The notes under the pieces were generated by a model that was not told the DNA's origin, did no database searches, and saw only the letters and a program-made list of their open reading frames with translations. A DNA stretch of 64,000 nt from an uncultured bacterium. GTDB lineage: Bacteria; Verrucomicrobiota; Kiritimatiellia; RFP12; UBA1067. Position 1 is the stretch's first letter. The number at the start of each line of letters is the position of its first letter. The stretch spans positions 2,264 to 66,263 of the forward strand of contig CADCGZ010000028.1 of assembly GCA_902801025.1 (NCBI GenBank), read 5' to 3'. Below are positions 9,040 through 19,279 of this stretch, one piece after another. Made by a program: the position numbers and the translations under genes.

Positions 9040-9572
9040 TCGCCTCTTCCGCGCCACCAATCCGCTACCCAGACTGCTATGGCATCGACATGTCGACGCT
9101 GGGAGAGCTTGTAGCATTCAAGGCGCTTGTAAATTTGCTGGATGGGGAACGGGGAACGTATCCCCCGAGCGAAGCGAGCGCCGAAGGCGGCTCAATGCGG
9201 GGTGGGAACGGGGAACGGGAGTTGCGCGAAGCGCTTGCCGAAATTGAACATCTACACGTTTCTACATGTTCTACACGGTTAAAATCATTAAACCCTCTCG
9301 CATCCCTCTATGCGCGCTTCACTGAAAAGCAACACGCTGCAGAAATTGCCCGACTTCTTACCCCTCCGGGAATGAAGGCCGAAGTCGTTGTGGTCTATCA
9401 GACGATTGAAGACTTGCATAAGTCTCTTGCTCCCGTTCCCGGTTCCCGGTTCCCCGTTCCCCGAATTGGTGACTGGTATTTCACTGGCGACTATCCGACA
9501 CCTGGCGGATACAAGGTGCTGCGAAAGGCGCTTCTGAATTACTTGGATAAGAATTCGGAAAGGTCGTATTAG
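9036..9572 (+). CDS. purF: PurF C-terminal fragment in a different frame (GTG 9036 overlaps the upstream stop); carries three repeat insertions
   Basis: SAPPIRYPDCYGIDM ... GDWYFTGDYPT match the PurF C-terminus. In-frame family A (9144-9221, 9430-9465) and family B half-unit (9250-9278) insertions. Confidence 0.6.
   Translation: MIASSAPPIRYPDCYGIDMSTLGELVAFKALVNLLDGERGTYPPSEASAEGGSMRGGNGERELREALAEIEHLHVSTCSTRLKSLNPLASLYARFTEKQHAAEIARLLTPPGMKAEVVVVYQTIEDLHKSLAPVPGSRFPVPRIGDWYFTGDYPTPGGYKVLRKALLNYLDKNSERSY
9144..9221 (+). repeat. Family A element (ggggaacggggaacg terminal direct repeats flanking a gtatcccccgagcgaagcgagcgccgaaggcgg core), in frame in purF
   Basis: Translated [26 protein letters not shown]. 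The same unit occurs in pyrG (12768-12838) and, reversed and duplicated, in carB (15488-15627). Confidence 0.75.
9250..9278 (+). repeat. Family B half-element (right arm only) in frame in the purF C-terminal fragment
   Basis: atctacacgtttctacatgttctacacgg followed by ttaaaat, as in other copies. Confidence 0.6.
9430..9465 (+). repeat. Family A core oligomer, reverse orientation (cccgttcccggttcccggttccccgttcccc), in frame in purF
   Basis: Translated APVPGSRFPVPRI. Confidence 0.6.
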
Positions 9573-9626
9573 GGGTCAGTAATTAGGAGTCAGGAGTCAG
9601 TAGTCAGGGGTCAGGAGTCAGAGAAA
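9573..9626 (+). repeat. Family E tandem heptamer repeat between purF and carA
   Basis: gtattaggggtcagtaattaggagtcaggagtcagtagtcaggggtcaggagtcagag. Confidence 0.7.
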
Positions 9627-9633
9627 GGAATTT

Positions 9634-10827
9634 ATGAACTATAGTGAAAAGTGGAAGGTGGAACGCGAACGCAAGGCGTATCTCGCACTTGCGGACGGCA
9701 CTGTGTTCCACGGCGTCGCTTTTGGCGCTAAGAAGGACGCGCTTGGCGAAGTCGTCTTCAACACCGGTATGTGCGGCTATCAGGAAATACTAACCGATCC
9801 AAGCTACGCCGGGCAGTTCGTCACGCTTACCCCCGCAGAAGTCGGTAACTACGGCATAAATGCCGAAGACATAGAAAGCCGCAAGTTGTTCTTATCGGGT
9901 CTTGTCATTGGCGATTTGACCGCGCCTAGCAACTGGCGCTCCGAAAAGAGCTTGGACGACTACCTGAAGGAGAACGGCGTACCTGGCATTTATGGCGTCG
10001 ATACGCGCGCTCTAACGTTGCACTTGAGAGATCATGGTAACCAGAAAGCCTTTCTGTACGTTGGGGAACGGGGAATGGGGAACGGGGAACGGGAGGCGGT
10101 TGCCAAGGCGCGTGAATGGGAAGGGCTCGACGGCCAGGACTATGCGGCAAAGGTGACATGCGAGAAGGGGTATGAGTTTAAGACAGGATTAACAGGATTA
10201 ACAAGATTATCTGGGGACATGTCCACAGACCCCAAAAATCCTGTAAATCTTGTAAATCCTGTCAAAAGAATAGTCTGCTACGACTTCGGCGTGAAGACAA
10301 ATATCCTCCGTTCGCTTGCGTCGTGGGCAAAGGTCACCGTCGTTCCCGCGAAGACGCCTGCTGAAGAAGTCCTCAAGATGAAACCTGACGGCGTGTTCCT
10401 CTCAAACGGCCCCGCCGACCCCGCGGCAGTTACCTACGCCATAGAGAACATCAAAAAGTTGTTGGGGCCACTTCCCATAATGGGAATTTGTTTGGGGCAT
10501 CAGTTGCTCTCGCTTGCCTGTGGTGCGAAGACTGGGCGGCTAAAGTTCGGTCACCACGGCTGTAACCATCCAGTGAAGAACCTTGCGACAGGCCATGTGG
10601 AGATAACGAGTCAGAACCACAACTTCGCAGTCTTGCCAGAGACGGTTCCGGATTGCCTTGAAGTCACGCACATAAACCTCAACGACAACTCTATCGAGGG
10701 TGTCAGGCACAAGACGCTTCCCGCGTTCTCGGTGCAGTACCACCCCGAGTCTTGCCCCGGTCCGCACGACTCAAAGTATCTCTTCGACGAATTCAGAAAG
10801 ATGGTATTAGCCGTGCAGAACGTGTAG
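9634..10827 (+). CDS. carA: Carbamoyl-phosphate synthase small (glutamine amidotransferase) subunit, with two in-frame repeat insertions in the inter-domain linker
   Basis: GEVVFNTGMCGYQEILTDPSY, CLGHQLL, GHHGCNHPV, YHPES motifs. Insertions: family A 10063-10095 (GERGMGNGERE) and family D 10183-10264. Confidence 0.9.
   Translation: MNYSEKWKVERERKAYLALADGTVFHGVAFGAKKDALGEVVFNTGMCGYQEILTDPSYAGQFVTLTPAEVGNYGINAEDIESRKLFLSGLVIGDLTAPSNWRSEKSLDDYLKENGVPGIYGVDTRALTLHLRDHGNQKAFLYVGERGMGNGEREAVAKAREWEGLDGQDYAAKVTCEKGYEFKTGLTGLTRLSGDMSTDPKNPVNLVNPVKRIVCYDFGVKTNILRSLASWAKVTVVPAKTPAEEVLKMKPDGVFLSNGPADPAAVTYAIENIKKLLGPLPIMGICLGHQLLSLACGAKTGRLKFGHHGCNHPVKNLATGHVEITSQNHNFAVLPETVPDCLEVTHINLNDNSIEGVRHKTLPAFSVQYHPESCPGPHDSKYLFDEFRKMVLAVQNV
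10063..10095 (+). repeat. Family A oligomer (ggggaacggggaatggggaacggggaacggg) in frame in carA
   Basis: Direct sequence identity to other family A cores. Confidence 0.65.
10183..10264 (+). repeat. Family D 82-bp palindromic element (acaggattaacaggattaacaagatt ... aatcctgtaaatcttgtaaatcctgt) in frame in carA
   Basis: Near-perfect inverted repeat around the ggggacatgtccacagacccc centre; translated KTGLTGLTRLSGDMSTDPKNPVNLVNPV where E. coli CarA has only a short linker. Confidence 0.7.
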
Positions 10828-10925
10828 ATCGTGTAGAAAGGAGAAATTTAACCATGTGGAACATGTAAAACATCCAGTAGAAAGTGAATATGCAAATCTA
10901 CATGTTTCTACATGTTCTACACGGT
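10811..10925 (+). repeat. Family B element, long copy (~115 bp), at the carA stop / carA-pyrG intergenic region
   Basis: ccgtgcagaacgtgtagatcgtgtagaaag....ctacatgtttctacatgttctacacgg; supplies the last codons and stop of carA. May also act as a terminator-like hairpin. Confidence 0.75.
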
Positions 10926-10938
10926 TAAATAAACAGCC

Positions 10939-12872
10939 ATGAAAAAGCAAGTCAAATACGTATTTATCACCGGCGGCGTGGTTAGCTCGCTTGGAAAGGG
11001 CGTCACAAGCGCGTCACTTGCGCTTCTCTTGAAGAGTCGCGGCTACAGGGTCTTCATGCAGAAGCTCGACCCGTATCTCAACGTCGATCCCGGCACGATG
11101 TCGCCCTACCAGCACGGCGAGGTGTTCGTGACAGACGACGGCGCAGAGACAGACCTCGACCTCGGCCACTACGAGCGTTTCGCGGGCGTGACGTGCTCTA
11201 AGGCGTCGAACTACACCTCTGGCCGTATCTACTCAGCCGTCCTCGCGCGCGAACGCGCGGGCGGCTACCTCGGCGGAACGGTGCAGGTCGTGCCGCACAT
11301 CACCGACGAAATCAAGGCGGCGATCAGGAGTGCCGGCGAAGCGCATGGCGACGAGCCCGCGCCAGACATCGTCCTCTGCGAAATAGGCGGAGTATCGGGC
11401 GACATCGAGTCGCTCCCGTTCCTCGAGGCCGCGCGCCAGTTCCGCTTCGAAGAGGGAAATGAGAACACTTGCTTCGTGCACCTGACGCTCGTTCCCTATC
11501 TCAAGGCGGCGGGCGAGCTCAAGACAAAACCGTCGCAGCACTCCGTCGGCATGCTGCGAAACATCGGCATCATCCCTGACATCCTTGTCTGCCGCACCGA
11601 AATGACGATTCCCGAGGAGCACCTCAAGAAGCTCGCCATGTTCTGCAACGTGAAGCGCGAGTGCGTAATCGAGGAAAAGGATGTCGCAGACTCTGTCTAT
11701 GCCGTGCCGCGCGAACTGCGCGAGCAGGGTCTCGACGAGCAGGTCTTGAGGCAGGTGCGTCTCGACCTTTGGCCGATTAAGCACACGGTCTGGGACACGC
11801 TCGTCCGCAAGGCGACGCAGCCGAAGAAGCGCTGCCGTATCGCCCTTGTCGGGAAGTACATCTCGATACGCGACGCCTACAAGTCAGTTCACGAGGCCTT
11901 GCAGCACGCCGGCATGGCAAACGACTGCAAGGTCGAAGTCGTGCCTATCGAAGCGGAAGAAATCTTAACGCAGAGGCGCAGAGGCGCAGAGGCGGGGAAA
12001 GAATCGTCCTCGTCTGCATCTGACGGCCAGCAAGCCGGCAAATCATCAAAATCTCTCTGCGACTCTGCGTCTCTGCGTTTAAAAAATATCGACGGCATTC
12101 TCGTCCCCGGCGGCTTTGGGTCGAGGGGTGTAGAGGGCAAGATCGCCGCGATCAAGTATGCACGCGAGAAGAAGATTCCGTTCCTCGGCATCTGCCTCGG
12201 CATGCAGTGCACTGTCATCGAGTATGCGCGCGATGTCCTCGGCTGGAAAGACGCCAACTCGACGGAGTTCGACGAGAACACCACGCACCCCGTGATCGAC
12301 TTGATGGAAGAGCAGCGCGGCGTCACGCAGAAGGGCGGCACGATGCGCCTCGGCGCTTATCCGTGCGTCCTCGAGAAGGGCTCTCTCGCTGATAAGCTGT
12401 ATAGCCACAAAGAACACAAAGATAACTCTGCGCCTCTCGGCACTCGCTTCGCTCGGCTTGGCTCGCTACAAAACGCGAGCCCCGCTTCCGCGGCGGTTAC
12501 GCGACTCTGCGTTAAAAACAAAGACGCGCCCATTATTTCCGAGCGACATCGCCACCGCTACGAGCTTGCGAATGGCGGCAAAGTGCAGAAGGCGCTGACG
12601 GCCGCAGGGCTCAATGTAAGCGGCACGTCGCCTGACGGAAAACTCGTCGAGATAGTGGAGCTGCCGGGCCACCCCTACTTCATCGCCTCGCAGTTCCACC
12701 CCGAGTTCAAGTCGCGCCCGACAATCCCGCATCCGCTGTTCAACGGCCTTGTAAAAGCCGCGTTGAGGAACGGGAAACGGGGAACGGGTAACGGGGAACG
12801 TATCCCCCGAGCGAAGCGAGTCGCCGAAGGCGATGCCCTAGCAGGGGTGGTAACGGGAAGAGGGAGTGAAGA

Positions 12873-12876
<4 letters not shown>
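10939..12876 (+). CDS. pyrG: CTP synthase (645 aa versus ~545 typical) with two large in-frame repeat insertions and a repeat-derived C-terminal extension
   Basis: N-terminal synthetase and GATase motifs ([31 protein letters not shown]). Insertions at 11964-12088 and 12422-12528 (family C) and a family A tail at 12768-12838. Confidence 0.9.
11964..12088 (+). repeat. Family C palindromic element (aacgcagaggcgcagaggcgcagagg ... ctctctgcgactctgcgtctctgcgtt), ~125 bp, in frame in pyrG
   Basis: Translated [36 protein letters not shown] in a surface loop relative to E. coli PyrG. Confidence 0.75.
12422..12528 (+). repeat. Composite family C/A-like insertion in pyrG (ctctgcgcctct...cgcttcgctcgg...cgactctgcgttaaaaa)
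   Basis: ~42-aa insertion ([43 protein letters not shown]) immediately before the conserved ERHRHRYE. Confidence 0.6.
12768..12838 (+). repeat. Family A element forming the pyrG C-terminal extension
   Basis: gggaaacggggaacgggtaacggggaacgtatcccccgagcgaagcgagtcgccgaaggcg, translated [21 protein letters not shown]. Confidence 0.7.
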
Positions 12877-16199
<3,323 letters not shown>

Positions 16200-16265
16200 C
16201 AACTTTCTCCACGCCGAAGTCGGCGATTTTTGGTAGACTATTGCGTGTTACAAGGGGAATGGCAG

Positions 16266-16802
16266 ATGCACGCAAGTCTTTCAGATATCATAGCAGATGT
16301 CGCGGCCAATTCGATCGAGGCCCGCGCCAAGAAGGTTGTTGTCGAAGTTCTCGAAGAAAACGGAACGATTGTCCTTCGCGTCGAGGACAACGGGAAGGGC
16401 ATGCCGCCCGAAATCGTCGCCAAGGCGTTTGATCCGTTCTACACGGAGCCGGGAAAGCACGACAAGCGCAAGGTCGGCATGGGGCTTCCGTTCGTAAAGC
16501 AGACGTGCGACGGCTGTGGCGGCTCTGTAAAGCTCGAAAGCACGCAAGGGGTGGGAACCACGCTCGTCTGCACGTTCAAGGCCGACAACATAGACTTGCC
16601 GCCGATGGGGAGTCTCCCGCAGGCGGTTCTTTCGCTCTTCAACTTCGACGGAGACTTCGATCTCGTATTCCGTCACCGTAAGAATGGAGAGGAGTACGAG
16701 ATCTCTCGCCTTGAACTTATGGAAGCGGTCGGCGGCTTTGATTCCGTCGAGGGGCTTTCGCTCGCCCGCGAGTTTCTCGAGGGTCAGGAAGAGTCGCTTT
16801 AG
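16266..16802 (+). CDS. Stand-alone histidine-kinase-like ATPase (HATPase_c) domain protein
   Basis: N-box/G-box-like motifs (EDNGKGMP, GMGLPFV, GVGTTL); no sensor, DHp or receiver domain. Confidence 0.5.
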   Translation: MHASLSDIIADVAANSIEARAKKVVVEVLEENGTIVLRVEDNGKGMPPEIVAKAFDPFYTEPGKHDKRKVGMGLPFVKQTCDGCGGSVKLESTQGVGTTLVCTFKADNIDLPPMGSLPQAVLSLFNFDGDFDLVFRHRKNGEEYEISRLELMEAVGGFDSVEGLSLAREFLEGQEESL

Positions 16803-17272
16803 CCAAATGCGGCGCGGATGAAGATGATCGCGAAATAGGCGACGGCGACTAGCTTCATCGCAAGGGTGGCGACATATCCGACAAGTGCGCCCACGCCGCC
16901 CTTAAGCGCATGCCCGAAGCGTCGTCCGGCGATGAGCTCGCCTGCGACCGTGCCGAGAAATGGTCCTGCGATAAGACCAATTGGCAGGAAGAAGAGCCCG
17001 ACAATCGTTCCGACAGCGCAGCCGAAAACTCCCCATCCTGAACACTTGAATTTCTTTGCGAAGAAAGTCGGGAGGACATAGTCCACAATCGAGACGATTA
17101 CAACGATGGCCGCACCAAACGCCAGAATACTGGTGGAAGGGGCTTTGGCCGTTGGCACAAGCGTCCAGAGAGCGGCGTATCCTAGAATAGGCCCAGGCAG
17201 AACAGGAACGGCGCTCCCGATAAAACCGCAGACGAGTAGCAGCGCTCCGAGCGTTATCAGGAAATAATCCAT
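16799..17272 (-). CDS. DUF456-family small membrane protein
   Basis: Four predicted TM helices and a DUF456-like sequence; convergent with the upstream gene. Confidence 0.6.
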   Translation of the reverse strand: MDYFLITLGALLLVCGFIGSAVPVLPGPILGYAALWTLVPTAKAPSTSILAFGAAIVVIVSIVDYVLPTFFAKKFKCSGWGVFGCAVGTIVGLFFLPIGLIAGPFLGTVAGELIAGRRFGHALKGGVGALVGYVATLAMKLVAVAYFAIIFIRAAFG

Positions 17273-17276
17273 TTTG

Positions 17277-17612
17277 CTATCTTGCCGAAGGCCGCAAGTC
17301 CGCGAGCTTGACCGACACCTCGAACTGTGAAAGCGAGGTCGTCATTATGCCGATTCCTTCGCGGCGTGCGGCTTCAACCATGTCTTCCGGCGGCTGGCGG
17401 TCGTGGCAGAGGACGATGCCCTCTATCCCTGCGAGTGTGCAGACGGCGATTGCATTGAGGTGGTTCTGGATCGTAATGAGAACCGATTCGTCTCCGCAAT
17501 GTCCCATGACGTCCGACAGGAGATCTGACGTGTAGGCCGAGGTAATCTCGCCATCTTTGTTCTCCACGACTACCGTTCCGCCGAGGCGCTCCACTATTTC
17601 ACCAAATTTCAT
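17277..17612 (-). CDS. DRTGG-domain protein (111 aa)
   Basis: The C-terminal third of the 346-aa minus-strand ORF is a clean DRTGG-like domain starting at MKFGEIVERL. The upstream extension overlaps kdsB and was discarded. Confidence 0.55.
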   Translation of the reverse strand: MKFGEIVERLGGTVVVENKDGEITSAYTSDLLSDVMGHCGDESVLITIQNHLNAIAVCTLAGIEGIVLCHDRQPPEDMVEAARREGIGIMTTSLSQFEVSVKLADLRPSAR

Positions 17613-17774
17613 GACATAATTATACCATAAATTCGGCGGGGACCTAAGCAGAGTCGGGGTTGGGCGCAATTCGGCGGGGTCCGAAGGCTCCTCCTCGGGG
17701 AGCCCTCGGCGAATACGCCGAATCCCCTCGCTCGGACCTTCGCTCCCCCACCGAATTATGGTATAATTATACCT
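17613..17774. repeat. ~160-bp dyad-symmetric element between divergent DRTGG and kdsB genes; terminal inverted repeats ataattataccataaattcgg / ccgaattatggtataattat each carry an outward-facing extended -10 box
   Basis: Perfect 20-bp terminal inverted repeats; internal attcggcgggg repeats and a ggctcctcctcggggagcc hairpin. The -10 boxes sit 6 nt from each start codon. Confidence 0.6.
17760..17768 (+). promoter_or_regulatory. Extended -10 promoter box TGGTATAAT, 6 nt upstream of the kdsB ATG (leaderless)
   Basis: tggtataat at 17760-17768; ATG at 17775. Confidence 0.45.
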
Positions 17775-18572
17775 ATGAAAGTCTATGGAATAATTCCGTC
17801 GCGGTTCGGGTCTAGCCGTTTCCCAGGGAAGCCACTTGCGATTCTCGCTGGGAAGCCCCTTGTTGCATGGGTTGTCGAGGCAGTCAAGAAGGCGAAAGGA
17901 CTCGACGAAGTTCTCGTTGCGACAGACGATGAGCGCATAGTCAAAGCCGTGGAGGAACATGGCGGCAAGGCGGTGATGACGCCGTCGGAGCTTCCGAGCG
18001 GGACTGACCGCATCGCGTGCGCTGCGCGAAATTTCCTCGGCGCCGATTTCGCTGACGATGACATTCTCGTCAACATCCAGGGCGACGAGCCGCTTATCGA
18101 CCCTGCGCTCATTGAACAACTTGCGGCGAAGCTTAAGGACGACCCCCGCTGGTCCATGGCGACGGCGGTGACGCCTATCAGGAATGCCTCCGATTTTGCG
18201 GCTAAGACTGTGGTAAAGGTCGTGCTTGATCGCGACGACGGCGCTCTTTATTTCTCCCGTGCGTCTATTCCCTGCGATCGCGACAACGAGCCCGACTTCT
18301 CCAAACCTTTCAACCATTCAACTTTTCAACCTTTTAACTTTCTTTACGTCCGGCACCTCGGCATCTACGCCTACCGCGGCGCGTTTCTGAAGAAGTATAT
18401 CGCAGAGCCGCCGTGCCAATTGGAGAAGACTGAGAAGCTTGAGCAGCTTCGCGCGCTCTGGATGGGCGCGAAGATCGCCGTCGTCCGCACCGAGGACGAA
18501 GGCGTCGGCGTCGATACACCCGAAGACGCCGTCCGCGTCGGGAAGATACTGGAGTCTCGCACCGCGAAATGA
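17775..18572 (+). CDS. kdsB: 3-deoxy-manno-octulosonate cytidylyltransferase (CMP-KDO synthetase) with an in-frame family F repeat insertion
   Basis: Conserved KdsB motifs (IIPSRFGSSRFPGKPL, GTDR, VNIQGDEP, HLGIYAYR); insertion at 18297-18345. Confidence 0.85.
   Translation: MKVYGIIPSRFGSSRFPGKPLAILAGKPLVAWVVEAVKKAKGLDEVLVATDDERIVKAVEEHGGKAVMTPSELPSGTDRIACAARNFLGADFADDDILVNIQGDEPLIDPALIEQLAAKLKDDPRWSMATAVTPIRNASDFAAKTVVKVVLDRDDGALYFSRASIPCDRDNEPDFSKPFNHSTFQPFNFLYVRHLGIYAYRGAFLKKYIAEPPCQLEKTEKLEQLRALWMGAKIAVVRTEDEGVGVDTPEDAVRVGKILESRTAK
18297..18345 (+). repeat. Family F tandem repeat (ctttcaacc/ctttcaact units) in frame in kdsB
   Basis: cctttcaaccattcaacttttcaaccttttaactttc, translated KPFNHSTFQPFNFL. 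The related copy in lpxB at 45530-45592 translates as [18 protein letters not shown]. Confidence 0.65.
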
Positions 18573-19279
18573 AGGGAGAAATCCTATATATGCTCGGCAT
18601 CGTGGCCGTCGGGTTCCTCGTGAACTACGCGCTGCGGGCCTTGCCGTTCGTCCTCTTCGCCAGCCGCGACAGGGAGCTTCCGAAGTGGGTTTCGCGCTTT
18701 GGCGATCTCGTCTCTCCGGTGATAATTGCCGCCTTGATTTTCTATTCGTATTCCGGACTTCAGTGGAAGACGGCCTGGCCCTATCTCGCCGGCTCGCTCG
18801 TTGTCGCGCTTCAGATCTGGCGGCGCAACGCGCTTCTCAGCATCGTCGCGGGCACGGTCCTCTACATGTGCCTCGTCTGCACCGGGTGCTTTTCGCCGGA
18901 CTACGGCGACATCGTGCTTGACGCCGCACATCCCTCGATACGCTATTCGTCCCAGGGGTTTCTCATAGGCGAGCGCTATGTCGACCCAAGGAAGGTCCCC
19001 TCAATTCTCGAGAGCTACGACGTGCCGCACGACCGCGTGATACACATACTCATCGACGAGGAAGCCGAACGCGACTTGAAACCGGCCCGTGCGTTCATGG
19101 GCCTTCTCGCCCACGACGGCTACCGCCGATCCGTCCTCGTCTCAAAGAAGCGCGCCGAAAGCCACGTCCGCACAGAGGAGGAAATGGCTCTCGAGCGCCA
19201 GCAGCGCGCCACCCAGTCTTCCCGCCACGCCTCTCCCCCCGGCAAGTGCAAAATCCGCTACAAGGGAGCAAGCGATTGA
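18569..19279 (+). CDS. AzlD-family (branched-chain amino acid transport) membrane domain with a ~130-aa C-terminal extension of unknown function
   Basis: N-terminal ~100 aa resemble AzlD (LRALPFVLF...); no azlC nearby. Start overlaps the kdsB stop (ATGA). Confidence 0.5.
   Translation: MKGEILYMLGIVAVGFLVNYALRALPFVLFASRDRELPKWVSRFGDLVSPVIIAALIFYSYSGLQWKTAWPYLAGSLVVALQIWRRNALLSIVAGTVLYMCLVCTGCFSPDYGDIVLDAAHPSIRYSSQGFLIGERYVDPRKVPSILESYDVPHDRVIHILIDEEAERDLKPARAFMGLLAHDGYRRSVLVSKKRAESHVRTEEEMALERQQRATQSSRHASPPGKCKIRYKGASD

Noticed and set aside
8186-12528. Possibility that the in-frame insertions are inteins or self-splicing introns
   Set aside because: They are 30-125 bp, far too short for inteins (>130 aa) or group I/II introns. 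They lack the Cys/Ser...His-Asn splice-junction residues and are simple palindromic or tandem DNA translated straight through.
17613-18317. Full 346-aa minus-strand ORF 17277..18317
   Set aside because: Only the last 111 codons form a coherent DRTGG domain with its own Met and an adjacent promoter. The upstream 235 codons overlap kdsB in antisense and are Arg-rich.
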